Source: Squalus acanthias (taxonomy: Eukaryota). Taken from it: 64,000 nucleotides of DNA. The notes below the pieces were generated by a model that made no database searches, was not told the DNA's origin, and worked only from the letters and a program-made list of their open reading frames with translations. Position 1 is the first letter of the stretch. Each line of letters begins with the position of its first letter. Positions 11,481-23,526 of this stretch are shown piece by piece. Both the position numbers and the translations under genes were made by a program. The stretch is from NCBI GenBank assembly GCA_030390025.1, contig CM059438.1, positions 64,730,001 to 64,794,000 on the forward strand. Direction: 5' to 3'.

Positions 11481-12698
11481 ATAACTGGGACTGATGCAAG
11501 GAGCACTCTTTGAAAAAAGTTCCCAGACGGTCCACTATTTCAAACTTAATTTTAGCGCACGTTAATGTAGTGAGTTGACTGTCCTCTCTGCTCTTCGCTA
11601 ATATTAAACATTTGACTGAGGTTTGTGTGGCGCGCTCTGTACATGCAGAGACCCATCGTATAACTCAGCGCTTTCTGCTCCACATCAACCTAAGCAAGTA
11701 ACAGTCTCAAACTGCCTCAGGGCAGAGTTAATATGCAATGATTTCTGTTTCACTAGCTGTTCTAGTGAGGTATGCTACCCTTCAGTTCAACTTGTACTTG
11801 TCAACCTTGTTTTAATGCATGTCTATTTAGGTTGAAGTTAAAATTTACCAACACAATGTACTTTTCCAACTGGGGTTGGTAAGGGAGCAGCAGGTGGTTC
11901 AAAAATAAATGCAGGCGTATACAAAAACCATGCCTCAGGCTTGATCTGATGCTGTGGAGAAGCAAGGCGAATCTCTCTGGAGGGGACAATCTCATTGTAC
12001 TTCAGTTTGACACCAAACAGAATACAAATCTCATGCAGCATCAATAATTGGTTTACAAAGTACTCAAGTGTCCACTGGAACTCTAAAGCACTTACTAACG
12101 TATCGATGTTAACTTAAATGTTTACAGAGTGGAGAGATAGCAACAATATTTCCTTGGAGCGTGGGGAATTACGCAAAAGCAGAGCTCTCTCCTGGGCAGG
12201 ACAATTAGGGGGGAAAATTTGTGTGGATTTTGCCACACATTAGCACCACTAGATGCCGCTAAAATGGCGTTGACAGCTGATGCTGGTTCCAGCGCTGCAC
12301 GCCATATTGGTCTTACCAGTAGCGCTGCCGGTAAACTCGCTCGCCAGGGTCCTCACCATCACGGAGATCGTGACATCAGTGAGTGCGTAACGCTCACTGG
12401 ACATCCAATCTCCCAACTTCCTTAAAGCCAATGGGCTTACCAGCTGGAGTTAACAATGACAGGTTGCGGTAGCGTGCAGCAGCAGAAAGCCGGCTCCAGT
12501 GATGCTATTCAAAGGGATCATCACCAATCACTCACACCTGAGAGGTTTGTGAAGTTTGAATGGCTGTGTGTTAGTTCCTGCTACTGCAACAGTTTTCTTT
12601 AGTTATTTCAAGGTTCTTTGGTATCAGGAGTGTCTGGCAAGTACAAAACTGCATAATCATTTCTGGAAAGATTCAAACTACAACACTTGGTAAGATTA

Positions 12699-13867
12699 AT
12701 GGGGACTGTACTGGCATTCGACCTCGCACTCCAGGATCTATGGTGGAGGGAGCGGAGGCAGCGAGAAAGACAGGAACATGTGTGCAGAGGTAGGAGGAGG
12801 GCCATCAGGGCTCTCAACAGGAGGCCTTACCCTCCAAGGGTATTCCGAGAGCATTTCTCCTACCTCCAATTAAGCGAGGAGCAGTGTATTAGGAGGCTCC
12901 ACTTCACAAAGAAGGTGGTCACAGAACGCTGCCACCTCCTGCAACCAGACCTCCAGCCTCAGACCAGGGCGACCACGGCTCTCTCAGTGACAGTCAAGGT
13001 CACCGTGGTCCTCAATTTCTTTACCAGCAGATCCTTCCAGTCTGCAGCAGGAGACATAGCTAACATTTCGCAGTTCGCCATCCATCACTGCATCCGGGAG
13101 GTCACTGAGGCTCTCTACAGTAGGAGAAGGGTTTACATTTGCTTCCCCATCACCAGAGAGAAGCAGGACGAGCATGCATGTGGCTTTGCCAGGATAGCGG
13201 GAATCCCCATGGTGCAGGGCACCATTGACTGCACCCACTTGGCTTTGCGGGCACCGCATAACAATCCTGAGATCTTCCGTAACTGCAAAGGCTACCACTC
13301 ACTTAATGTGCAGTTGGTGTGCGACCACAGATAGCGAATCCTCACCGTCAATGTCCGCCATCCTGGCAGCAGCCATGATGACTTCATCCTGCGGCTAACT
13401 GGTGTGCCAGCACTCTTCAAGCCACCATGTCAAGCTCGGAAACAAGGGCTATCCGCTCTCCACCTGGCTCATGACTCCCCTCTGCAACCCCAACACTCTG
13501 ACCCAGCACTCACATAATGAGAGCCATGCTGCCACCAGGAACATCATCGAGCAGACCATCGGCCTACTGAAGCAATGGTTCCGCTGCCTTGACCGCACGG
13601 GAGGAGCCCTCCAGTACTCGACTGATCGGGTGTCCCATTTCGTGGTGGTCTGCTGCATGCTCCACAACTTGGCCACTATGAGGGCGCAGCCCTTCCCACC
13701 AGGAGGAGGGACCATCTCAGGAGGAGGAAGAGAGAGAGGAGGAGGAGGAGGAGGAGGAAGAGGAAGACGAGGAGTAGGAGGAACAGGAGCGAGGGAGAAG
13801 GCAGCCACACAATCGGCCTTCCGGAAGGGCGGTCCATGACCGGCTCATCAGACTATGGTTCCAATAA
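12699..13867 (+). pseudogene. Harbinger (HARBI1-like) DDE transposase, disrupted
   Basis: [52 protein letters not shown]. Premature TAG at 13332-13334, frameshift, and second catalytic Asp changed (GNKGYP instead of GDKGYP). Confidence 0.92.
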
Positions 13868-14022
13868 ATTAAACCCCAGATCCCCGTTGCTCACCACATC
13901 CCCATCATTCCATTCCTGTCACACGACATATCACAGTGCAAAGCTGAAATGAGAGACACCACAAAAGAATCCAAACAGAATTAATAAATGTATCTAAACA
14001 CATATAACATCAATACTATTAA

Positions 14023-15759
14023 CTAATCACCCTTGTGCAATCCCTTAGTGCCTGTCCTTTGTGTGCCTTTTCTGAGTCTAGTGCTCCTGCAAAGTGCTCC
14101 CCCAGTGGCTGCAGCAGGGCTGGTGGAAGGCTGCTGAGTTTCCATGCGGGACATATCAGATGGCCTTGCAGGATGACCTCAACCAGCTCTGCACCTAGAA
14201 GGCCCGGCTGTAGACTGTACCACCTCAGCATGGACGGCAGTAGTCTGGGCTGGCTGGATGACAAGGGCGATGGTGGGAGCAGGAATGCTGTCATCCTATA
14301 AGAGGACAGCAGGTTCCTGCTCCACTGACCCAGTGCCACTCGATGCCACCAAGCAGAGACTGCAGGAGAGCAGTCTGAGCTTCCGCTGCAGCACTAAGAC
14401 GCTGGGTCGCTTCCGCCCTGTGCTGTAATAGAAGCTGCGGCATCGCTCATTATGCGCGCCATCGCGTCTGGGTCGCCACGGTCTCTCTGCTAGTTTACCA
14501 TCATTTGCAGACTGGAAATGATGGGCTCCATGCTCTGCGCAGTGCCTTGTGCAATGTTGGAGGCGGACTCCTCCACGCTCCTTACCATTGCCGAGAGGCT
14601 CTCGGACACCCTTGCCATTGCACCTATCATCTCTGTGTGCATGCCCAGCACCCTTTTTCTAAAGGCCTCCCCATCGATGTCCTCATCTGAGTCCTGTGCA
14701 GCAGAACTCGCGTGTGAACTCGCCCTCCAGGGAGCTGGCTCCCGAGCTACCCTTTCCCCCTGGCTTTGCTGCAGTCCACTCGTCCCCAGTGCCTCACCCT
14801 GTGCAGATCCCACTACTCCACTAGCCTCTAAAGATCGCGTAGTGCCAGTATTCTGAGCTGGTGTCTGCGGGTGAGAGATGCAGTGACGCGGTGTGTTCTT
14901 CCTCCTCCTCTTCTCCCGTCTCGCTCTCTACGGTGCCCTTAGGGACAGGCTGCTCAGGGGCTTGCTGATTATCTGAAGGCATAAAGGCACAAGAGTCGGG
15001 TTAAGGTGAGGAGAGGGGGGCAGGAAGGCAGAAATGCATACATACAGCATGAGTAGCTTGAAAGTGCGAATGATTGTGGGCTGAGGGGGAAGTGGGATGT
15101 GAGATGAAGGAGTAAGAATGAACATACCATTGTTGTCCCCAAAGGGGTCAACATTGCCGGTGGCCATGGTGCCCATGAGCTGACACCCAATGATCTGCAG
15201 CCCTCGATTTTCCAGGTCACTCAGATGTTCAATGTGGGCTTGTCCCCGGCCTGTCCGCTCCTGTTCCCTCCGGTTGTAAACCACCTTGGACTGCAAGAGA
15301 AAGGGAAGTGTGTGAGTGAGTGTGGAGCAATGTGTTTGGGTGATGTGCCTGCCATAGTTGAATAGCTGTCATTGTGTGCAAGGTGTGAGATGTGGGTGTG
15401 AGTGTTGCTAGGTAGCGATTGTTGATGGGGGAGTGCTGGGGGTGTGGTGCTTTGGGCAGTGTGTGAAGCTTGTGGCACAGATGGTGGTATGTAGCATTTG
15501 TTGAAGCATTCACTCACCCTGACCACCCATGTGAAGTCATTAAACTTCTTCCTGCAATGTATGTGGGTCCTGGGACCATAGTGCTGCCGGTGACGTGCTG
15601 CGCTACCTCCCTCCACATGCTGCGGTACACTTGTGGCGAGGGCCGCCTGCCAGTTGCCGGGTACAGGACCGCTCTCCTTCTCTCCACTGTGAAAACCAGC
15701 ACCTCCAAAGCTTCGTCAGAGATCCGCCGGGCTCTCTCCCTGGGGTGGCGATCTGCCAT
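14023..15759 (-). pseudogene. Harbinger Myb/SANT-like DNA-binding protein gene, 3 exons (~15759-15518, 15290-15128, 14972-14023), disrupted
   Basis: RERARRISDEALEVLV...RSMWREVAQHV...CRKKFNDFT (frameshifted). GT-AG junctions visible (GG|gtgagt, ttgcag|TCC, ATG|gtatgt, ttcag|ATA). In-frame stops in exon 3. Confidence 0.8.
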
Positions 15760-16611
15760 CACGGCAACTTATTCACTGTTCCGGATTCTTCTCCTTCTGC
15801 TTCTTCTTGTTAGGATTGTTGGGGCAGCTGCACAGCCAGCAATGCTGAGAATGAGGTGCTGCAGCATCAATGTACCTCCCCTTTAAATAGTGAAAAAAGC
15901 CTGTGGCAATCATAACTTGCAATTAGACTGCCCCCGATATTGGTCTAGCTTTTCAGTGTAATGCCAATGAGCTTGGGCTTTTAGACTAGAATCATGACTG
16001 CAATAATTTTAATGAGGAGTGAGCACGAATTTTACGTGCAGTCTAGATGATTTTCACCTGGCGCTACTTAACCATTTTTAGTCTAAACACTGCCCATTTC
16101 TTGGCTATAACGAATTTCTAGCCCTTAGAGTTCAAGCCAGGCAACGTAAAACGGGTATTGCTTGGCTGGAACTGCTAGCTGCAGTGGAAATGCAGACTTA
16201 TATTCTATTATTGTTTCTTGTCAATTGATATATATAATTTCACTATTGAAACCGTTTTATCTGTTGGTGCTCAGCAGAAACCACTTGTTTTATCTTTTCT
16301 GGTTGGGTAGGAAATGTTGCTGCTATCTCTCTGTGAACGTTATTGTTAATTCCAGTTAATTTGATTGGTTTTAATGGCTGCATGGACATTCTATGAGGCA
16401 CTTTTGCTACAAAATAACCCCCCACTTTAACTTGGTTGTTTACCATTTAATGTTCACATTTGACCAGGATGACACCATTTTTTCTTCTACTATCTCGAAC
16501 TCTATCTCATTCTAAATAGTCCATTTATATTGCAGGACCAGATTCCAAATGTGTCCTTTTCATGATTTGGAGCAGATTTGGGTACCTGCAGCAAACCCAG
16601 AACATCAACAA

Positions 16612-17085
16612 AAGAAAAGACTTGCATTTATATCACACCTTTCATGACCTCAGGATGTCCCAAAGCACGTTACAGCCAATGAAGTCATTTTTGAAGTGTA
16701 GTCACTGATGTAATGTAGGAAATCAATTTGCAGCAATCAACTTGCACACAGCAAGGTCCCATAAACAGCAATTTGACAATGACCAGATAATCGGGTTATT
16801 TTTATGTGTTGGGTTGAGGGATAAATATTGGCCATGACACTGGAGAGAACTCCCCTGCTTTTCTTCAAATAGTGGCATGAGATCTTTGCCATCCACCTGA
16901 GAGGGCAGGCAAGCCTTGGTTTAACATCTCATCTGAAAGGTGGCTCCTCCAACAGTGCAGCACTCCCTCAGTATTGCACTAACGTGGAAGCCTGGATTAT
17001 GTTCTCAAGTTTCTGGAGTGGGACTGTGAACCCACAGCCTACTGATTCAGAGGTGAGAATGCTACCACTGAGCCACGGCTAACAC
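16612..17085 (-). mobile_element. Deu-domain SINE (SacSINE1-like), near full-length
   Basis: Reverse complement of the SINE, including the tRNA-like head (AGCCGTGGCTCAGTGGTAGCA). Confidence 0.85.
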
Positions 17086-17458
17086 AAAGCCCCTCTGTGA
17101 TTCTGGCCAGGGACATTCCTTGATGTTGCAGAAATGTCCATGCCGGCAGCAGTATTAAACTCATTTTACTAACCTGCAGGACTCGGCTTAGAGCTTCACT
17201 CAGTTGTGGCCAGAATAAAACAATGGACTCAATGGCAAGCACCAATTATTTTTGACATCAGAAAGAGAATGAGATTGGTGGATATACCATGAGGCGGAGT
17301 TGGATGGATTCCAAGGTTCAGCGTTGCCCTCATTGATAACTATGGTCAGGCATGAGTTTGTGCTTTTTTTCTTGTATTGTTCTCTATTATTAACTCACTG
17401 ACTGAGTGGAAGAGTAGATTTCTTTTGGCAGTTCTTAACTTTGATGAAATACTCTTCC

Positions 17459-17513
17459 ATCCTATTCTAGGGTACAACTTGTCCCCATTACAAGTTGTAC
17501 CCTAGAATAGGAT
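17459..17513. repeat. Perfect inverted repeat, 24-bp arms, 7-nt loop
   Basis: ATCCTATTCTAGGGTACAACTTGT-CCCCATT-ACAAGTTGTACCCTAGAATAGGAT. Confidence 0.97.
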
Positions 17514-17795
17514 ATCGCACCAAAACCATGTGTAGCAGCATTCATAGCACCTTAAATCAGTGGTCGTCATCTGATTTTAAACTCCTATCCACCACCACCC
17601 CCCCACCCCCACCCCCCACCCTTTTGTAAATGGCCTGGAAAGCATTATTGCACAAATAAACTGGATTTTATAAGATTGCTGTTATTCTTATCACACCCTA
17701 GAAGGGGATAAAAAGGTTGATTGCGGGATGCAATAGATGGGCAAGCCAATTGTGTGCATCTTTCTGGGCATGTTGAAATCCTATTTTATGTCAAT

Positions 17796-18522
17796 GGGCC
17801 GTTTTTTTCCGATCTGGAAAAATCTACGCACTTACCTGAGGGCTCCCGAGGTGCGTATACTTCCGCTCCTGGGCCTCTCCAAACTCCAAGTGCGCAGGGC
17901 CCACGTATCCCAGAGGCGCAGGCAGTTCGCAAGCGTCCCTGGGATCACGTGGGCCATGGGGAGCCAATAGAAGAAGGGAATCTCCCTTCATACACTTGAG
18001 AGCTAGACCTGTCAAATATATGAATGGAGATCACCCCAAAAACATAGTCAAACTTTAAATAAATTTTAAAAAAACATCACCTTGTTCAAATTAGTTGAAA
18101 TTACAATAAATTAAATATTTTAAACAAAAATTTAATTTTTTGAAAAAAATAATTAAAGTTTTTTACGGGGCTAAAAATGAATTTACCTTTTTTAAAGTAT
18201 TTTTAAATGATAAATGAGTGAAATTTAAAAAAAAAACTTTTTTCAACTCTTATCCTGGTAAAAGCAGGCCTTATGCCTGCTTTTACCAGGCGTAAGAATT
18301 CTAAGGGTTTTCTGCGGGCAGAGGTTCTCCAGAAAGCGGAACTCTCTGCCCGCAGAGGCCCTTCTCCAGGGCAGGTGTCCGATCTGTCAAGAGGATTCTT
18401 GACAGATCGGAAATGCCGGTTTTCAGCGCATGCGCTTCGCATGCCTGAAACCGGCATCTCCGATGTCCCTACGGGTGTGTACACAGCCCGTACACACCCG
18501 TAGGGATCGGAATATATGGCCC
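17796..18522 (+). mobile_element. Harbinger-type MITE, family B2
   Basis: TIRs GGGCCGTTTTTTTCCGATC / GATCGGAATATATGGCCC with perfect AAT TSD. Lacks the left subterminal hairpin present in 8967-9728. Confidence 0.92.
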
Positions 18523-18881
18523 AATGTAGCTAAAGTATCTAAAAGCTTTTCTGAAAATATGTGAATTGTAATTTTGAGAGACCAGCTTCACCAGGAGAGA
18601 ATCTGAGGAAGGAAGCTACACAAACATCAACCCAAACATGTTTTTTCTCCAAACACAAGCTGAGGGCTTGGAACACCTTCCCCCTTTTGGCATCGAAAAT
18701 CAATTTCAAGTTATCCCAGATCACTACTGCACAAGTTAGTTACAGAATAAAGTTCCTTCCGCTGAGTGTAATTTAACCCCAACCTGAAACAGCAAACCCA
18801 CCTGAGGCAGTGTGACACTTTCCACTTCCCAAGTCAGCCATTCTATGGGCTTTGAATGGGGTGGCTGATTTACTGCGAATT

Positions 18882-19431
18882 GGTGCAGTTTTGGTCGCCT
18901 TATCTGAGGAAGGATGTTCTTGCCACGGAGGGAGTGCAGCGAAGATTCACCAGACTGATACCTGGGATGGCAGGAATGACGTATGAAGAGAGATTGGGTC
19001 GATTGGGCTTGTATTCGCTAGAGTTTAGAAGAATGAGAGGGGATCTCATTGAAAATTATAAAATTCTAACAGGACTAGACAGACTAGATGCAGGAAGGAT
19101 GTTCCCGATGGCGGGGGAGTCCAGAACCAGGGGTCACAGTCTAAGGATAAGGGGTAAGCCATTTAGGACTGAGATGAGGAGGAATTTCTTCACCCAGAGA
19201 GTGGTGTACCTGTGGAATTCTCTATCACAGAAGGCAGTAGAGGCCAATTCATTAAATATATTCAAGAAGGAGTTAGATATATTTCTTAAGGCTAAGGGGA
19301 TCAAGGGATATGGAGAGAAAGCAGGGACAGGGTACTGAATTTGAATGATCAGCCATGATCGCATTGAATGGCGGAGAAGGCTCGAGGAGCCGAATGGCCT
19401 ACTCCTGCTCCTATCTTCTATGCTTCTATGT
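18882..19431 (+). mobile_element. CR1-clade LINE 3' fragment
   Basis: VQFWSPYLRKDVLATEGVQRRFTRLIPGM...RNFFTQRVV, then 3' UTR and TTCTATG repeat tail. Confidence 0.95.
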
Positions 19432-19553
19432 TACATCTCTAACCTTTTCCAGTTCTAATGAAGGGTCATCGGCCTGAAACGTTAACTCTGTTTCTCTCTC
19501 CACAGATGCTGCCTGACCGGCTGAGTGTTTCCAGCATTTTCTGTTTTTATTTC
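19432..19553 (+). mobile_element. Penelope-like element terminal fragment with degenerate hammerhead motif
   Basis: Matches 33545-33660. Core reads CTAATGA-AGG...CCT-GAAAC-GTT. Confidence 0.75.
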
Positions 19554-20624
19554 TGTGAATTTCTACATTCACTCGGGCAGTGTGCTTTGCTGTTCAAGTG
19601 CCACCATTTTGGACAAGAATTCCCAGAGGCAGTGAGAGCATTGGTGTGTGAGCAGATCACAGTGATCACAAATCATGTTCCATAACCATACTCTTGCTCT
19701 TCCTACTCACACCATTAGTTTTGAATTACCCTTACAAGCTTGAAATAAATTATAGAAGGACTTTAGTGAACATGGCACCTAATTTATATGGAAAATAGGC
19801 CAATTTAACCACACAGTGTAAAACATGCCTCTTCACTGTAGAATGCAGTGAATATTAACAAATAAGTTTAGATTGGGTACAGGTTATATGTAGCACTCTC
19901 ATTGAACACTATGTAGTGTCCTTCGCATAATTAAGTGTTCTTGGTTTCTTTCTCTTTCTTTAGTTCTAAGTTGTGCAGTATTTGTTCAAATGTCTGCCAT
20001 TCTTGGCATTTAATACATTAACATTTGAATTATTTTGTAGATCTTCCCATCAGGCCTCTATGAAATCCAACACTTTACTAAAGCAGATTTACTTTGCATA
20101 AAGAGCTTTAGTGCAAAAATGCAAGCATTTTTTGTTTAGATTAGCTGGACTATCACACAGGCCCTGGGGAGATCTGTCGGTTCCATTTGCACTATTCTGT
20201 CTCTCACAGTGTCTGGCTTTTTATCTTTCTAATTCCGTATGTCACAGTCCAAAATGCTAAGGTCTGTGACCTCTAATCAGTGCCACCGTCTCTCTCCGAC
20301 ATGAAGAAACCATCTGTCCTGCGCACAATCAGATCACCAATACAGACGCTCACAAGTTAACTCAATCGTCGGCAATGTTGTGAAGTCAGATCAGTCGCCT
20401 TTGGTGCTCCCTGGATACATCTTACATAGAATTTAAACTTCATATTAATGATCACCATCAAAATATGTATTGCGCTGCAGTTTTGTATCATATATGCTGA
20501 GGTGCATTTTGAAGCAAATTGTTCCTTTTATCCCAATGTCAGCTGTGGCCCAGTTGGTAGCACTCTCGAGGTGGGAGGGGCTAGGAGTGAGCAGGTGTTA
20601 CTGGTTGCCTGATTGCTGCAAGTT

Positions 20625-21775
20625 AATCTTTTATTCAAGTGCAATAGTACTTATACAACTCATCAATTACATAGTAAACCATTACATTCATTGATCACAA
20701 TACACAATAAAGCCTTAAAAACAGCTTTATGATTAACAATATAAATGCAATGATAAAATTTTACCAATAAATCAACAAAGTTTACGGTACAAATACCCTT
20801 AAACAAACACACACAAACACTATGGGCTGGATTTTGATACTGGGACGGGTTGGGGTCGTGTCATCCGCTTTTCGTGTTATCCACCCGACTGCAATTGGAT
20901 GTGGGAGATTGATGCAATTTTCACCTAATTGGGCAATTGAGTTCCAGCATGTGGGAACCCATGAACCAATTAGTGGTTTCAGTCTGAAAGTCGCCTCTGA
21001 TGATGTCATCATTGCTGCTGCATTGAATGTCTTCAGAGATTGCCTGGCCTTTGCTGTGAGTGGACCTGGATGCAAAATGAGCAGCAGCTCAGAGAGAGAG
21101 AGAGAGAGAGAGAATGAATTTTTTTTGCATCCAGGTCCTCTCACAGCAAAGGCCAGGCAGTCTCTGAAGACATTCAATGCAGCAGCATCAGAGGCGACTT
21201 TCAGACCTAATACTACTACTACCTTCATCACATCTCCGTTGTAATAGTGGACCTGCAGCTGATAGTCAGCTATCCACTTCTGCTCCCGCCAGGTTTCACT
21301 GGTGTGTTTCACATCAGGCGTGCTTCACGTCGGAAAAAGGTTAAACTAGCTAAAACGTTTCAAAATGGCATCACAGAGCCAATTTAGGGCTTGTTAAGGG
21401 CTTTAATGGCCTCTCCCGCCTCTTGGAGGCGGGACGGAGTCGGGAACACCGCACACGATTTTATCTAAATTGCGTGGAGGCAGAATGGAGACGGGATCAG
21501 GTCCGCCCGCCACTTTTCACAATTTTAACCCCCCACACGCCTCCAAACCCGCCTCCACGGCCCTATGAAAATCCCGCCCTATAAATTTAAAACAATAAAT
21601 CAAGGTAAACTCCGCATAAAAGAAAACAATTTAACACCAGTGTACAAATCACATAGCACCATCATAATTCAATTAAATGCGACAAATATACTACTACCCG
21701 TTTTACGCCAGTCCTACTGGCATCGTTTGTTCATTCAATCGTTCAATCGATCGTTCATTCAATTGTCCGTTCGTT
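20625..21775. mobile_element. Unclassified AT-rich insertion (~390 bp net) in the Tx1 5' UTR
   Basis: Flanked by the exact 16-bp direct repeat CTGATTGCTGCAAGTT (20609-20624, 21776-21791). Contains MITE C copy 2. Confidence 0.7.
20824..21579. mobile_element. Harbinger-type MITE, family C, copy 2
   Basis: TIR GGGCTGGATTTT / AAAATCCCGCCC with TAT TSD. Internal fold-back 20982-21206. Confidence 0.92.
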
Positions 21776-21846
21776 CTGATTGCTGCAAGTTGGTGGTGGT
21801 ATTTTTTCAGGTTTTAGGGCCTTTTTGGCCCATAAACAGCAGCCAG

Positions 21847-23488
21847 ATGGCTGCTGAGGGGTCCGGAGTGCCGGGCCCCTCAGAGGACAGTGTTCCCAAG
21901 ATGAATTTAATCAGGGGAGAAACTGTGGTTGGAAGGGAAAGAAAAAGGCCCAAAGATTTGGGCTGGGACCCCAGGAGGTTTGGAAAAGAAAACACGGTGG
22001 TGGTTCAGTGCAAGGATAAGGAGATACGAGCTTGGGATATTATCCAGGCGGTACATGAGGACTGTGGTGAGGGAAGCTGCTTTGCCTGCCGACCAAAGCC
22101 GAATGTTGGGTTCGAGGTGACGGTCAGTGGCCGAGAGGTGGTGGAAAGACTTTTACTCAGTTTGAAGGTTAACGATAAGTTCTTGGAGGTATCTCTGCTA
22201 TATTCGGAAGAGGTGGTGGTCTCATTCTTAAACTTGCCAGTTTATATTGAAGATGATGTGCTAATCAAAAAGTTGGAGTCGTGGGACATTAAAATTTGCT
22301 CAGCAATAAAGAGGAGATACTATCCAGGAACACGGGTAGCAGATGGAACCCGTTACGTAAAGGTGCGGTTCCCAGAGGGGGTGAAGTCATTACCGTACGG
22401 CATGAAATTCGAGACAATGGAAGGAGTGCAGCACTTCCGAGTACTGCATGATAACCAAGTGAAGGTTTGTTATTATTGTCTTGGACACAATCGTCTTGTA
22501 AGAAACTGTCCAGACTTGTACTGTTATAATTGCGGAGAGTCTGGACACATCGCTTGGAGCTGCAAGGCGGAGAGCTGTGGGGTGTGTCACAAAGGCCCCA
22601 CCCGCTGTGAGTGTGAGGCACAAGGAAGCTCTATGAGTGACGAGGAGATGGAAGAAGGAGCAGGAGGTGTGAGTGGAACGGCTGGAGGAGCGGAGCAGTC
22701 GGAGGACACAGCTGGTAAATTGAAGGAGAAAAGAGCGCAGGAAGAGGCAGAAAATTGCGGAGCAGAGAACAGGATGGAGATGGTGGAAAACACACCAAGT
22801 ACAGTGGAAAAGAACAAAGACAGCAGAGGGCAGCACGGGTCGAGGGCAGACTCGAGCCATAATACAGTTCAGCTCTCCCTAAAGAATCTGGTGTCTGCGG
22901 GGGGAGAGGAGGCGGGAGCGTGGTAAATGTAAGTACTCCAAAGAAAGATGGGGAGTCCGACATCTCGGTGAGCAGGAGGGGGCAAGACAAGGAGAGGGTG
23001 CAAGAGGCAGGAGCCTTAAAGGGACAGCAGGACGGGAGCAGCGAGACAAAGACGCCAGAAGGGAGCAATATAGGTGCGTCATTGTCCCAGAGAGAGAAGA
23101 AACGGGGAGCAAGGGCCAGCAGTGGAGATGAGGTCGAAGGGAGCGGCACTGTTGGAGAAACCGCGATAGCAGGAAGACTCTCTATGGGAGATGATGTATC
23201 TGACGGGGAGCAGGAACAGAAGAGCTTGAGAGTGAGGAATTAGAGGGGGACAGAGACATGGAAGTGGGGGTTGGGGTGGCATCATGTGGAAAGGGAAAGG
23301 TTAGTGAGGGGCAGAAGGAGGGAGAAGGGGCAGCTCCTTGGCCCAAACTTAATGCAAGGAAGAGGCTGAAACAGCAGGGAAGGTTCAAACAGGAGGTGAA
23401 AAAGAGTCGGAGGCTGCAGGAAAAAGCAACAGCTGGCCGAAAAGTTGGGAAGGAGCATGAGAGGAGGGAAGGGCCAGAGATTAAATGA
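21847..23488 (+). pseudogene. Tx1 ORF1 (gag-like zinc-knuckle protein), frameshifted
   Basis: ATG 21847 (MAAEGSG). Motifs VSFLNLPVYIEDD and GTRYVKVRFP. Knuckles CYYCLGHNRLVRNC and CYNCGESGHIAWSC. The charged C-terminal tail continues in ORFs 22920-23243 and 23258-23488. Confidence 0.85.
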
Positions 23489-23526
23489 TGGGGAGATTAT
23501 CAGGCATACTTCCCTTCTTCGGAGCC

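Larger units (their letters stand above)
12208..16124. mobile_element. Full-length PIF/Harbinger DNA transposon 1 (decayed)
   Basis: TTA TSD (12205-12207 / 16125-16127). Imperfect TIRs GGGGGGAAAATTT / GAATTTCTAGCCC. Convergent transposase (+) and Myb/SANT (-) genes. Confidence 0.93.

Noticed and set aside
20537..20568. tRNA-like A/B-box sequences at SINE heads as tRNA genes
   Set aside because: They continue into SINE bodies and do not form complete cloverleaves.
21695..21735. Minus-strand CAAACGA-TGCCAGT...ACTGGC-GTAAAAC as a third hammerhead
   Set aside because: Two mismatches in CTGANGA and an insertion in GAAA. Too degenerate to call.
21565..21846. N-terminal 94 aa of the 453-aa ORF 21565-22926
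   Set aside because: It runs through a MITE end and the unclassified insert. The real Tx1 ORF1 start is more plausibly the ATG at 21847.
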